Positions 1-13,997 of a stretch of DNA of 62,442 nt are shown here, one piece after another. The notes beneath the pieces are model-generated. The model made no database searches, had not been told where the DNA came from, and worked only from the letters and a program-made list of their open reading frames with translations. The stretch is taken from assembly GCA_013239625.1 (NCBI GenBank), contig MU054001.1, positions 7,804,911 to 7,867,352 on the forward strand, given 5' to 3'. The translations under genes and the position numbers were made by a program. Numbering within the stretch: position 1 is the first letter of the stretch; every line of letters starts with the position of its first letter. The DNA comes from Lama guanicoe. Lineage: Eukaryota.

Positions 1-467
1 GTTGGAGTACTCAGATTTATTACGCCGGCGGGCTCAGAGGGGCTTCTGCTCCGAAGCTCTGAGCACCTCCAAGACGTGCACATGAGGTTTTATAGGGTTA
101 ATTACAAGTATGGGGCTATTAGCCAATAAGGTTCAAACAACAAAAAGCAAGGAATCAGTACACTGGAGCTTATCAATTTGGAACAGATCACGTTACTGAC
201 ACTTGTTGAGCTTGGATTTACGAGTTAGCTTGTTAGCCCAGTAAACTGACACTAAACTTTAGATTTACAAGTTAGCCCGGCAGAACTTATATCAGTAAAC
301 CGACACTTATCACACTTAGATTTGTGACTGAGCTCGTTAGCCCAATAGACTGACACTAAACTTCAGATTTATGAGTTAGCCCAGCAGAACTCAGATCAGT
401 AATCCGACACTTGTTGCACTTAGATTTGTGACTTAGCTTGTTAGCCCAGCTGGGCTTTTCCTTCACA
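1..467 (-). mobile_element. ERV1-type LTR, cut by the window start; same family as 26522-26931
   Basis: Colinear with 26569-26931. Ends in ...cttttccttcaCA at 467 (TG on -). A poly(A)-like signal (tttatta) and a TATA-like motif (ttttata) read on the - strand. Internal 104-bp tandem unit at 212/316/420. Confidence 0.85.
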
Positions 468-878
468 GTTGCAAAGCAAGGACCGAGACCCTCAGGTATA
501 AACGCTGGGCTTGTGTGCTGTTAGATAGTCTGTTATCCCCAAAACAAGGACCTGGCTTGTCTGGTGGTCTGCATTGTAATGAACATATCTAAAAATGAAC
601 CTTGTTCCCCTCACCCCATGACTTCCCTAAAGATACACAAATCCTTTTTACTCATTGTGTATTCTACAATCTCTGCCTCATCCTGTCTTTCCTGAATTTC
701 CTCCTTACTATCTCACAACTGTTAATGAATTTTTCCTTTGATTATACACAATAAATATGGGAGCATTTGAGAGGCTCATGGAGTTGGCTCCCTACTCCCT
801 CTCGGTTTTTTGAGTTTTTCCACAGAGACTTGAATAATCATTCCCTGTCGGTAAGACTTCTGCCAGCCAGAACCCACA
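468..878 (+). mobile_element. Probable older LTR remnant, possibly interrupted by the LTR at 1-467
   Basis: AATAAA at 750-755 followed by a U5-like stretch ending ...aacccaCA at 878. LTR-like composition, but family not recognised. Confidence 0.4.
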
Positions 879-1659
879 GTTCCAGGTGAGAAGGATGCAG
901 GCTTTATCTCTCCTACCCGAGGGAGAGAGAGAAGAGAATTGAGATCTGCTCCCCCGTGGTCCCTTCCTGCCCCAGGGCCACTCCAGTTCACTTGCAGCCT
1001 TCTGGCCTCTGCTCTCAGGGCCTCTGTCCCAGGACTGAACACAGCCTTTTCTTCCCTTGTCAACATTTCCTGTGCCTTTCAGAAGTTGGTCTCTTCTCTG
1101 CAATTCAACCCTGGCAGATGTGATGGTGGTCAGCGTGCTGGTGATCAGTCCTTTGGTGACTCCCAGGAGCCATGCTGATTCTCCTGAGTCTCTCAATCGG
1201 GGTTACAGAACAGTCGAGCACCGAAGGAAGCCCATTCACATGAGGTCAACAGGGCATTTCATCACTTTCATTTTGTTTTTAAATTTTCGTTGGAGAAATT
1301 ATTTGTAGCAAACTGTTCCAGATATTCGGCCGCTTGCTTTCCTCACCACCATTTCCTGTTGGCTCTGGTGCTTGTTTTACTAACCAGGTTTCTTCTCTGG
1401 TCATTTCTAGCAGCTGGGCTTGCCGAAACCTTGATCTGCATTTGAAGCAGAATGCTTCTTCGTGATGTGGAACTGATTTTCGTATTTCTGAATATTTCTT
1501 GTACACTCAGCAACCGTTTCAAGTGAAATGCTCTTTTCCAATTTTGGTTAACTCACATTTGCTGATCTCCTGCTTTCATGCTGAAGGCAGTTTCTTCTTC
1601 CTCTAATAAAAGTTAGCAATTTGCAATTACTATGGAAGGTACTGGCCCGAGGTGCTTTT

Positions 1660-2700
1660 GTTCTTAACAGTTTTAATACAATTCACCCATTAAAATGTAC
1701 AGCGGTTTTTACTCTATGCCCAGAATTGTGCATCCCATTCTAGCTTAGAATATTTTCATCCCCCCAACAGGAAGGCCCGTATGCATAAGCAGTCATTCCC
1801 ATCTTCCCCATCCTCCCCCAGCCCCAAGGAGCCACTTTTCTCTCTGTGGATTTGCCTGTGCTGGACATTTCATGTAAATCGAGTCACTTCATGTAAGTGG
1901 AACCGTCTATTGTGACTGACTTCTTTCACATTGAGTAACGTTTTCAATATTTGTCCACGTTGTGGCCTGAGTCACTATTGTATGCTTTGCTATCGCTGCA
2001 TAACATTCCACTGTATGGCTTGGCCCCACTGTTTACCCATTCATCAGGTGATAGGCATTTCAGTTGTTTCTGCTTTTTGGCTGTGATGAGTAGTGTCGCC
2101 GTGAACACTCATGTGGGATTTTTTATGTCAATATTTGTTTTCAGTTCTTTTACGTGTGTGCCCAGACAGCAGAATTGCTGGGTCATTCAGAAACCAAATG
2201 TTCAACTCTCTGAGGACCTGCCAGGTATTGTTCCAAAATGGCCACTCTGTGTTACATCCTCACCAGCAAGGGCTGTGATCTCCGCTTCCTCTTTGTCCTC
2301 ATTAGTGCTTGTTACACTTTTTTTTCAATATAACCTATTGTTGTGAATGTGAAGTGGTTTCTCCTAGTGGTTTTGACTTGATTTCTCTTACAACTAATGA
2401 TATTGAACATCGTTTCATTGTGCTTATTGGCCATTTGTGTATTTTCCTTGAAAAATACCTTTTCAGATCCTTTATTCACCTTTTAATTGAGTTGCTTTTT
2501 ATTGTTGAGCTGTAGGTTTTTTTTTTTTCATTTGGAGATACAAATTCCTAATCAGATAAATGATTTGAAAAGCTTTTCTCCTGTGTGTTGTTTTTCACTT
2601 TCTGGATGGTGACTTTTGAAGCAAAGTTTGAAATTTTGATGAACTCCAATTTATCTCTGTTTTCTTTGTTCCTTGTGCTTTTGGGGTATTATTTAAAATC
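1660..2700 (-). mobile_element. Old L1M LINE 3' fragment
   Basis: Typical antisense L1 3' motifs (ctggacatttcatgtaaat, cattcatcaggtgataggcatttcagttgtttc, ttggccatttgtgtattttcc). Confidence 0.75.
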
Positions 2701-5700
2701 TGAGGTATTTTATTTAAACTTTTATATACAAAATAACTTAATTCTTAGGACCGTTCTAGGAGATGGGTGCGGTTGTTGTCCCCAGTCTATGGATAGGAGA
2801 CTGAGATGCAGAAAATTTCACTGAAATGTCAGTGTCACAGCTACCCAGTTTCTGTGGGAGGTCAGAACCTCATGTTTGTCCCAAGCATCTGTGCTCTTCA
2901 CCACCATGCTCCACTACTGTCTGGAATCGTTAATAAAAACGTCTTTCCTTTTTTGATTTCTTGTTAGTTCTTTTCTCATTGGGGACCACATCTCATTTTC
3001 CTTTCGGATATCAGTGTAGATTTATTTTAGGTCTCATGTAGGCAGAAGCATTGCTATCAGTTAACTTCTTTATTACTCACTCTCCAGTGATGATTGTTGC
3101 TAGTTGACCTAACCAAGTCATGCTTAAACCTGCTCATGACACTGAAAACAGTCATGACTTACAGAATGCTCAAAGAAGAAAGTATTTGATTGATTTTATT
3201 TTGCTACCCAATCAAACCAATCAAATAAAAACCCCTGTGTCGACACAGATTATAAGCCCTCCAGAATAGGGTCACTGTCTTCCTTGTGTTTCATTGGTTT
3301 GGTCACAGTGTCTGGATAGTGCCTTGCTGTCCAGCAGTTTTGTGAGGATACGGTGCTCGTGAATCATTGTAAGGACAGAATTTTGACAACAGACTGTGTT
3401 GTTCATTTCACACAGGAAAAGACAATATAGAAATACTGCTCAGATCTGTTTTAAAATTAAGCTTGGAATTTTGAGAAAAATTCAACAAACCGTACAAAGA
3501 TCTTTTTCACTAATTTTAAATCTATCTTAGACACATTATGGTTACATAGTAGTTACTTATCAAGTAGATTTGACAAGAGGAGTGTATTATTGATTATTTG
3601 TTTTAGTTGAAATATTCTACCTGGGATAAATTAATGAGTGCCCATAAATGAACAAATATATTTGTATTTCTATGCAACTTGGGAGCAGACTTCATATGTT
3701 TCTATGTAATATATATGACTGTGTGTTTTAATCTGTCTGTCAGTTTTTTTATAGTTTTTCAGCAATGTTTTAATTTTAGATTTTTTCTAATATATTCACT
3801 CCCGATACTACGGCAGTTTGTACTGTGTATCCTATCTTATTCATGGGATTCCACTGTCTCCTCAGTGAGGAATTTCCTCTCCTATTGAGTTAATCACAGA
3901 TTTAAAGGAACTGTGGTTTCTAGGCCTTTGCTCTCCATGTGTTTGCAGTTGGCTGTCAATCAGGATTTTCCCTTTGGGTTTTCATTGTTCAATTAGAATT
4001 TTTGAAAATGACTGTTAATATAATACACCGGTCTCCCTAGAAACTTGATGTGTTTGTGCTTTTCATTTTTCAATTTATCAAAATTTTAAATGCACACTTG
4101 TTTTTAAGTAGTCTTTTTTCACTTAATATTTGTTTATTTTTTATACTTAAAATAAATTTTTCCCAATGAATGAATTGGTGTGCATATTTTAAAAGATACA
4201 TTACTTTTTATTTTTCTTATTCTAACAGGTATATTCATTTTACAGAATTTAGAAAATAAGGATAAACACAGTTATATCTTAAAAATGGCCTCTAATCTCA
4301 TCTGGAGATACATTTGTAAGGTTTGAAATTGAGAATTACAAGTCCTCTCACGTTGTTCTTCTTTTTCAAATACGTTTTGGTTACTAAGACCCTCAAATTC
4401 CCATATGTATTGCAGCAGCAGCTAGTCATTTACTGCAGAGAAGCCCGCTGGGATTGTGATCGAGACCACGTTGAATATACGGATCGCTCTGGGGAGCACT
4501 GCCATCCCAAGAGTGCTGTCATTTTATCCAGGAATGTGTGTGGTGTGTCTGTCCAGGTATTTTGGTCTTCTTTAATTTTTTTTCAAAAATGCAAAGAGTT
4601 TACATAGTATTATTTTACTTTATTTTTTTGCATTTATACTGAGGACATGTGTGCAAGGTACCGGGATTAGAATTGTATTATAGCCCCGCAACTTGCTGCC
4701 ACCATCGACGCTGTGGTCTTTCTTTTCCCTCTGCAAAATCTTGCACAAAATAGGAATTAAGTAACTCTCTCTTGAATGAATGATTATATGATTGCTGGAT
4801 GATGCTTGATAGTTCTTTGATGATGTCTTTTTCCCAGAATTCCCCTCTTCTTAACTATGCCCTTTCTCTTCCTTTCCTCCAGCCTGGGTTTCAGCCTGCC
4901 TGTGGCATTGATTTTCCTTGTCTGTGGACTCTTCCTTTCACTAGTTTGCGATAATGTTACATGTGGGCTGTGGAAACCTGCTAGATGTCAAGAAAGAGCA
5001 AATCCATTGCATGCTAGTATTTTTAGAGTGTGTTATTGCATTTTCGATAGAAATTACATCAGGCTGACACATTGAGCCATCCCCTGAGCTCTTTTCACCT
5101 TCCTACAGGTGATACTGCTCTCGTTGCTGCATGTGCCCTTCCCCCAGACTTGGTTTTGGAGTTGAGTAAGTCACCATCACTGAAGCCCTCTCTTTAAAAG
5201 ATGAAAAGAACATTTGCTCCTTCTCCCTGGTTGGGGACTTGGATGAGATGAGGTACCAGATAAAGAATGGAGCCCCATCTCATTCTGACCACCGTTCTTT
5301 CCATTCCTTTCTACAGAGGAAAAGAGTACAATTCAAAAATATAAAGATTGTGAGCTAATGAGATAGACAAGACAACCGATCATTTGTTAAATACCCTTTC
5401 ATGCCAGAAACAAATGTATTATACACACAAAAAGCACATAAATCTCGGTAGTACTGTGGTCACAAACATTGGTCAGAATTCGAGTCCTTCTCTGGAGTGA
5501 CCAGTCCTGTGAGATGGAGAAATGGTAGGTCGGCTTAGCCTCTCCTGGACTTGTTTTCTGTCCTGCAGAGACGGGGCTCGCTAGGCGTCCCTCACCCGTA
5601 GAGGTACTGTGGGTTGTAAAAGATGCGTGTGTTCAGCCCGAGCACAGCTGCTCGTTCCTCGTAAGTGCAGGATAGCATAGCTTTTGCGGTGACGGCTATA

Positions 5701-7039
5701 TGACCGCCCCGTGTAGACTCTCAGTGCTCCGAAGGGATGCCTTGTGGTTTGGAGATGGGATTCTCACTTCTGTAAATACCCAAGGATTGTGTTATTGGGC
5801 CCTGCAGATTTAAATCTATTCTTTAAAAAGTACATATTGTAGATACATTTTTCAAGCATGCATGCTTTTTTTTCATTTATTATTTATAGTTCTACCCTCC
5901 CATTTCTTGGTGTGACTTTTTATGGAATCCAGGAAACTGTCCTAAGCCACCTGCCTCTTCACACTTCTCCTTGGTGGTTTTCTTCCCTGACTAGAGGAGG
6001 GTTTTGCATAGGAAATTTTCTTTGTTCCCCTTTTCTTGGAGTCTCTCTGTTTGTCTGCCCATCTCTCACCTGTACATCTGTCCATTTATCTACCCACTCA
6101 TTCTTCTGACTTGTTCCAAGGAGCATTTCAGGCAGCTTACAGAAGAACAGATACCAAATAAACAGGTGAGAAAATGGGGCCAAGTTCAGACAGTGAGGCT
6201 AGGAGGCGAGCCTGTGTGAGGGTTGCAGGCGTGAGACACACGCCTCTGCCTTGTGACTTATAAGATCGACAGCAACAGTGTCCCTGAGGCTCCCAGCAGA
6301 CACAGGGAAGCAGGGTTTGTGGGAGATGCTCACTGGCTGTGAAATAAATAAGTGGCTTAGGAGAAGCCCAGCCTTTCCAGGTACTAAGGCTTAGGAGAAT
6401 ATTTTGAATGTCTTCCAAAATCAGATTATTGCATCTTTTCTTTTTCAGAGTTCTATGTATAGTTGGTTTACATTCTATACCTGGAAATTTCCCCAAAACT
6501 GCTTCCCACATGAGTCCCATGGCTCGGGAATAGGGTGGTTCTGCTCATTGACGGATGTTGGCCAGAAACAGAAAATGACAACCTCAAAGGAGCCTGGAAT
6601 TTGTCAGTTATGTTTTGTCAGTGCTGTAGATTTCAGAAAATTCTTTCACCGTTTCTCTCCATCTGAGGAGGCAGCATGCTCTCTTACCAGCATCAGGAGC
6701 TCAGGGCCACGGGATGGTGGGGGCTGACTGCACTGCCGTCAAGGCAGCTAAGGTAGTCACTACAGGCGTGTTGCTTTTACATAGTGCATTTCATGTTCTT
6801 TAATAGGTTTCAACAGGTAGTCAATTAACTGTGTTAATTAACATTTAATAAATATGATGCTTTGTTGAAAAGACAGTTATAGGCAGAATATAATTTGTGA
6901 ACACTTTAGAAACGGTTTCATTACTGAAATTTCAGTAGGGAAGAATCAGTTTATCTTATTTATACCTCTCTTTTACAGTAACAAAGAAACAAGACAGAAA
7001 AAGCAGAGGATGATTTCTTTTCTTCCTCTTGGCTTGCAG

Positions 7040-7160
7040 GTGCCCTCACCTCGAGTGGCATCCATCCAGACACCAGCACTGACACTGGCCATGCTCAGAA
7101 CTGACTCAGCCCTGAAGACACAAGTGACAAATAGAAGGGGGCCACGCCCTGCTACAGCGG
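7040..7160 (+). pseudogene. TRAPPC9: TRAPPC9 (NIBP) pseudo-exon A
   Basis: Polypyrimidine tract plus ttgcag acceptor. Translates (G)ALTSSGIHPDTSTDTGHAQN*LSPEDTSDK*KGATPCYS, matching recalled TRAPPC9 [41 protein letters not shown]. Stops at 7102-7104 (TGA) and 7132-7134 (TAG). GT at 7161. Confidence 0.9.
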
Positions 7161-8299
7161 GTGCTCTCACTTTGTGGGTCCTTATGTAACTGTGTGGTGT
7201 TATTCAGGATCGCCCGTTCTACTTTGTGTGACGTTGCTACGGTTTCTCCTAGTTATTTGTTTCTGTAATTACTCGTGTATTTTTTTCAATGTGTGGTACT
7301 AGACATCTAAAAATGCTTTTTTCAGATGAAAAATAATGTGTATTTAATATAAAAGTCTGAAAAAACGGTCAAAAAGGTCTATCCTGGTCCCAGTACTCAG
7401 AGATAATAATGAACACTTTAACGTCTATTTTCTGTTCTTTTCATCAGTGTGTATTACTTCTGTCATAAAAACCAGCGAGCACTCTGTGCTTGTTTACTGT
7501 GTGGAGACCTCCATTTTCCATTCGGCTAATTACATGTTTTTCTACAATATTCTATCTCCCCTGGCATGATTTTTAATGACCAGTATAGCATTCTGTCTTG
7601 TGGAGGAATCGTCCATTATACTTAGGACTAAATAAACTTTTAAATTCCAAGTATACTTAACTGAAATACTGAAAAGAGAACTGTGGTGGTACCGAAAGGC
7701 CTGTACATCCCTTCCCATTTTTCCCTGAGAGTAAAAACTGCTGACAAAGTGTTGTATATATTTCATGACTTAATGCCTATGTCATATATATATACACATA
7801 CATACACGTATATGAGAAATCTATGTATATGTGTGTGTATATATGCTTTATTGAAAAATAAGGCCATACTGTAAGTTTTCTGCAGCTTGCTTTATTCACT
7901 CAGGGTTATATCATAGTCGTCGTCCCCCTCCAGACTCACCTGGTCCTTTCAGATAGAATGGAGGGGTCTCCGGATGTGCAGGTGTGGTCTCTTATGTAAG
8001 GACACCTTTTGTGGGAGAGTACTGTGGACAAGCCCATGGACCACGCCGAAACGCCGGAACTTTAGTGCCCAAAGCTCGCCATGATTTACCGCATCATTGT
8101 CTTGATGGTGGACACTTAAGTTTTCTCCATTTTCCACTGTCAGAAAGGGTGTTTGACTGGCATACTTCTTGTACAAACATTCCTGTGATCTTGTATGAGT
8201 ATTACTTTAGTAAAGGTTTCTGGAAATTTAGTCCTTGGATGTGACAACTACATACATCACAGGCTCCTTTCAAGTGACTCTAGAATTTCCTTCTCCTGT

Positions 8300-9750
8300 G
8301 TGGAATGAAAAGATGTAGAATAACTTATGTAACCAATTCTCTATCGCTGGATATGATTTCACTTCAGCTTTTCTTCCCACCATTGTAAACAGTGCTGTAT
8401 AAATGCTCTGATGAGTACATATTTTGAACTGATTTTTTTCTAAATGAAATTATTCCTAAAAGTGGAGTTCAGTCTGCATGTACACAGGTTTTTCAGAGTT
8501 TATATATCCACTGACATGTCGTCCTCCAAAAAGATTGCTCACAGTTTGTTCTCTCAAAGATGGACTCTAGCTAGAATATCTTTGAAAATATTTGTCAATA
8601 TGATGAGCAAAAGTGCTTTTTCATTGTTTTAGTTTGCACTTGATGACCAGTGAGGTATTGAGCATTTTCCACTAATTAGCCATCTGACTTTTAAAAAGTG
8701 AATGATCCCTTTTGTCCTTTGCACACATTTAAGTCAGGGAGCTCCTTGTTGCTTTGTGACAGCTCTTTGTATGTTATGAACATTAATCCCTTGTGTTCAT
8801 CAACATGTATCACAGAGCTTTTTCTTGTCATTTCTTGCCTTTCATTTTGTTCAGTAGGTTCATTTTTGTTGTGGCCCAAAATAATCTTAAGATTATAAAT
8901 GTCTTCTTTTTGAGTTTTATCCTTGATATTATTCTTAGAAATACTTTCTTATAATGGTATAAAACTCTTCTGTAGGTTTTTTTAATCTCTGAGATGGAGA
9001 TGATAATGGTACTTGGTATCGTGAGGAGAAGTTGAATTAATAGGAGCAAAGAGTTGTATTTGCTGTTATTACTACTTTCTAATATTTGCATCACTTTCTG
9101 TAATTTCTCTTGTGGTCATTATGACTGGAATAGAATTTGTTTTTTCCAGGGGATTCTCTGATTGTCCCAAGACAATTATTGAATTCATACTTTGCTCTTT
9201 AATTTGAAATCCCACCTGTAAAAAATACTTATGTACACTAGAGTCTCTTTTTGAGCTCATGGTTTATTTCTGTCAATCTTACTTTCTTACTCCAGCACTA
9301 TATGTTACATATTGTAAAAAGTTATTTAATATCTGACAGTGCAATTTTTTTGATTCTTTTTTCCATCCCCAATTTTCTTGGCTAGTATTATGACTTGATT
9401 ATTCCTGAAGAATTCTAAAATACTTTTTTCAAGTTAAAACAAAACAAAACAAAAAAACCAGATAAGAGTTGTCATGGGATTTTTTAGTAAGTTTTGAATT
9501 ATCTTTAGGAGAACGTACATCTTTACAAAACTGCTTTCCTCCATAAAATATGTTGATGTCTCTACATTCACACCTCTTACTTTACCCCTCAGTACAGTCC
9601 TGTACTTTCTCCATGTACAACATGGGCAGTGTTTTTGAGTTTATTCCAGATTATTTTTGATGTTTTTGTTAATTTTGTAAGTGGGAATTTTTTGCTATTA
9701 TATTTTTTAACTCTTAAAACTAACTCCTAGGAAGACAGATTCGGTCTGTA
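8300..9750 (-). mobile_element. Very old L1 (L1ME-like) fragments
   Basis: Degenerate antisense L1 motifs (cattgtaaacagtgctg, gaccagtgaggtattgagcattttcc, aattgtcccaagacaattattgaa). Boundaries approximate. Confidence 0.5.
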
Positions 9751-10214
9751 AATACTCACTTTGTAACTTCTCATTTAAAATTGTAAGTATTAAGTTCTTG
9801 TTACAGAATCCTTTCTTTTCTGTTTTTAAAAATTTGTTTCCAAGTTTTTCAAAATGGTCATAGCTAAGTAGTATAGGTGGGGAAACAGATAGAGAGAGGT
9901 AGTGTAGCTCATGTACAAACTGTGAGCGCTTTCATTGCTGCCTTTACACTGAAAAAGCCTCTGAAGAGTCCCAGTCAGACCAGGGGTGGCTTTGTATGCA
10001 CTTGAAAGCCAGCTTTCCTGCCTGTATGGTGAAGCCTGGTGGGCGTGTCAGGTAGATGATCAAGGTCGAATGGAGGTTATTGGCTGTACAGAGCACTGTG
10101 TCTGAGATCTGGAGACCATCGCCATGGGAAATGTTTGTTGTCAGGAACAATGCAGAGGAGCTGGGAAGCCTGTGTGTTAAGGATTTGATTTTCCAGCCCT
10201 GGGAGTGGGAACAT

Positions 10215-10400
10215 CAGACTCTGCATTCAGATCTGAGTTTGAAATCATCCTTTTTAGTTTTCTGGTCCTCTGACTTGTGTCAAGTTATCTACCCTCTTTC
10301 AATTCCTGTTTTCTTGTCTCTCAAAATAGGAGAATTACGGCCTGCTGCTTGAGTGTTTGATCAGGGTAAATAATTTGTGTCTATGAGATGCCACGTACAG
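10215..10400 (+). mobile_element. MIR SINE
   Basis: MIR core-like tgacttgtgtcaagttatctaccctctttcaattcctgttttcttgtctctcaaaataggag. Confidence 0.55.
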
Positions 10401-10727
10401 TCACAAACTCAGTGAGAAATGGGCTGTTGCTTCTTCTTCGGCAACTCAGTACTTGACAAGACATGCGGGAAAGCCAGTCCCTAATTTGTGTGTGATGCAA
10501 GTAGGAACAAAATTAATGTCTTACCTTTCCCTAGCAGTATTCGTACTCCTTTGCTTCATTTACTTCTTTCCTCCTTTCCTTTCCCCTTTCCCATCCTCCA
10601 CCAAAAGAGCCTGAGAATCTCTCAGAACATTAGATTCAAATTACTTTAAAGGTTGGCTCATACTCATGAAATGACAGTAACATAAAAAAATTCTGTACAC
10701 ATTCCAGAATACATTGTATTTGATTTA

Positions 10728-10739
10728 CACACACACACG

Positions 10740-10774
<35 letters not shown>
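10728..10774. repeat. (CA)n microsatellite
   Basis: Direct read; slightly interrupted CA run. Confidence 0.95.
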
Positions 10775-10778
<4 letters not shown>

Positions 10779-12161
10779 AGGCTACCTCCCACTTGCAGAG
10801 GGAGAAGGACCACTTTTTCTGAATTTTAATTCACTGAGCATGAGGACAATGTCTCTTACACAGTCTTTCACCAGGCTTCGTGCATGGTGTTTTTAATTAG
10901 ATTTCTGTTTTGTGGTCATAGATATAGTCTCCTAATAGAAGAGAGAAAGTGGAGACATAGACATTCTGCTGAGATATTGGTGTCATCATATTTGAGTTGG
11001 AAAGGACTTAAGACAGCATGGAGTCGTAACTTTTTATGGGTGAGAATCCATGATGTTGTAATTTGGATAAGAACTTGGGTCTTCTGCCATCCTGTCCACG
11101 CGGGTGAAGAGGCAATGGGGTGGGGGATGGCAGGGATCCTTCTTACTTGAGTTCCAGGGTCTTGCTAGTTTTCATTGCTCGGCTGCCTTTAGTTTATGTC
11201 CATGAGGCCTCTCATGGGAAGGTCACTCTGTCCTGATTGAGTTTCTTATCAGCAAAAAGCTCTGGACTCACTCCTATTTCCCAGAGTTTCCTACTGACCT
11301 GCTGACACTTTATATAAATGAGACCTTAGAAACTACTGAATATAAAATCCTCATTGTTATCATTTGCCCTCGAGTTCCATAGGAATGAGGTGCTGTCTCA
11401 GGCTATGTAAAGCTAGATCTGAACAAAGATAGGGTGATAGGCTTTGCTGCTGGACCTGCACAGTCGAAGGGGATTTCCACCTTAGTTTTTAGAATCGGGC
11501 AGATGACTTTAAATCTTGCCTTTACCAGTTATTAGCTTTGTGACTTGAGGGAGAAATTGTAGTTTTTTCTGTCCAAATTTCTTTATCTGTAAATAAGTTC
11601 AGTAGTTATTTTAAGGTTTCTGTTATAGAATTGAATGAACTAATTCCCTCATTTATACCTAAAATAGTGATCTCATGGTTCTATGCTGGTGCCTTGGTAG
11701 TTGACTACTAAGGTACTCGGCAGTGAGAATGGGGATGGGGGACCCCTGGATAATAGAGCTTACATTCCAGGATATGCTTGTAAAAGACTGGATGTGCAGT
11801 GGATTTTTAGTAAATATCCACTCCTTTCCTAATCTGCATTGATTGTGTATATATCTTTATACTAATATATTAACAATTTTTATTGCGATTTAAATATCTT
11901 TGTAATATTTATAATATATAGCTATAAAAAATACGTGAAATAAAATGATTTGACTTTTATTTTCTTTTCAATAAGCAAAACAAAATAAAATAGAAAAGAT
12001 AAAAGGTTTTGAAGGAGTAGAAATAATTTTATTTCTGTGGAATCAATTCCGTATAGTAGGTTTTTTTGGTCGTGTTGTTAAACAGCGAATAAAATTGATA
12101 GGTTGTGACATACTGGAAATGAGGAAACAATGGAGATATACTACCTCTAATGCAGTCATTT

Positions 12162-12702
12162 TGTTACCAAGTCCAAACTTGTTCTGCTTGCTGCATGACA
12201 GGCCAATAAATCAGGAGATTAGATGTTGGAGTAAGGAATAGTGACTTTATTTGAAAACCTGGCAGACCCAGAAAATGACATACTGATATCCAGGAGAACT
12301 CTCTTCCCAAATTCAGAATTCAGTCTCCTTTTATACTAAAAAGTGGCGGGGATGTGGTTGGTTGTTGCAAACTTCTTGCTGTACGAATTGTTTGTCCTTG
12401 GAATCCTTTGCTCTTGCAGCTGTCCATGTGGGTCAAATTATAGTGCCCCTGTAAAACCTCCAAAAAAAAAACAAAGGTTATTCTGTATTTTGCAACTTGC
12501 CATCTCTACATAAGTGTAGAAGAGCTAACATCCTTAAAGATCAGAGCCAGGAGAATAGGCTCTCCTGGATATTTCAGGCTAAAGGCAACTTTCTTTTACA
12601 AAAGGTGCAGAGATAGCAAGTCTGAGCCTAGAAAACAGGGTACAAGTTTAAAGACAAACGAACACATCTAACATGGAGTCAAATTTGTTCTTTTCTATTA
12701 CA
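12162..12702 (-). mobile_element. Solo ERV1-type LTR
   Basis: TG...CA termini (tgttacc...tattaca) with 4-bp TSD ATTT at 12158-12161 and 12703-12706. AATAAA (tttatt) and TATA (ttttata) on the - strand. Confidence 0.85.
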
Positions 12703-13874
12703 ATTTATTTTTCTATCTCATAAATAATTTTAGTAAGAAACATGAGCAATTTTTTTTATTTTTGCTTCTTAATAACAGATAAGGAAGCCAACTACAGTTT
12801 TGTGAGCAGGGATGCTGTGCGTGCCTTGGGGTCACAGCAAACTGTTGTTGGGAGTGGTCGACCCTGGAACATGTCTGATGCCCCGTGACTGTTGGTGAGA
12901 GTCCCCCTAAACAGGGGCTCTCTTCAGGAACCACCATATGGGCATTGAGCTCTGGAGACCTCTTTTCCAGCTGCAGGAAAATTTTTCAGATTCTGTGATG
13001 GAAAAATCACTCCAGCTGGGGATAATCAGGGAATAAAGGAAGAGGAAAAGGGCTTGAAGTAGAGTAGAACAGAAGGGCAGAAGGACAGAAGATCAGGGAG
13101 CCTGGGGGCTTGGCAGCGGGTCCTCGAAAGAGAGAGGAGCAGAGGTGGGGAGGGGCCTGTCTACGGAACTAGCTCCTGCAATTTCCCCGCACCCAAGCCA
13201 CACAGCTTTTAATTGGGCCCAGGACTCTCTCCTGTCTGGATGTCACCTTGGGCAGAACCTTGAGAATCGAAGGTAAGGGGTGGGCAGCACTCACCTAGGG
13301 GGTCACTGAGGACTTTGGTCAAGTCCAAGTGCCTTTTCTAGTCATGTGCCTTCACCTGTTCTTTATCTCAGGATCTGAGAAGCAGGAGCAAGGAACTCAG
13401 GGAGAGGTCCAGGAAGAAATCTGACTGTGTTAAGAGACGACAGTCACAGCGACACTTGGAGTGAAGACACTTGCAGCAAAGTAAAATAACTTCACAACAA
13501 TTACATCAGAGCTGCAGGTGTGAGAGAGCCTAAGCCTGTCTCAGAGTGCAGGGGACAAGAGGAAAGGAATGGTAAAATTTCCACTGACAATTGAAATTTT
13601 GTTAAATAGCCTGCTACTGTTAATTCTATCACTTGAATGTATGCAGGTGCATTTCTATGAGCATTTATAGGTTCACACAACCCCACCAGCCAATCTTGCT
13701 CCCATCTGGGGTGGGCTTTCTCAAGCACAGTGCCCCTCCTGCTTGGGTGGGTCACGCTGCGGGTCCTCGCCTGGGGCCGTACTGCTACAGGACACTGAAT
13801 TCCCGAGGCACGGCCTGGGAGACATGACAGGAACGTCTCTGCTCTTGGCTGAGGGCCTCAGTTTCCCCCTGCAG

Positions 13875-13997
13875 TGTAAGAATGCCGGTGACTCAGAAGC
13901 ATGCATCCAAGCCATCCTTCCATGTCATCACCATTTAGAAGCAGTGCCTGAATCTTCTGAATTTCTGCAGAATGTGGTTTGCAATCACCTTCGACAA
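13875..13997 (+). pseudogene. TRAPPC9: TRAPPC9 pseudo-exon B
   Basis: ttccccctgcag acceptor and GTGAGT donor. Translates CKNAGDSEACIQAILPCHHHLEAVPESSEFLQNVVCNHLRQ versus recalled TRAPPC9 [42 protein letters not shown]. The middle is scrambled, apparently by indels. Confidence 0.88.
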
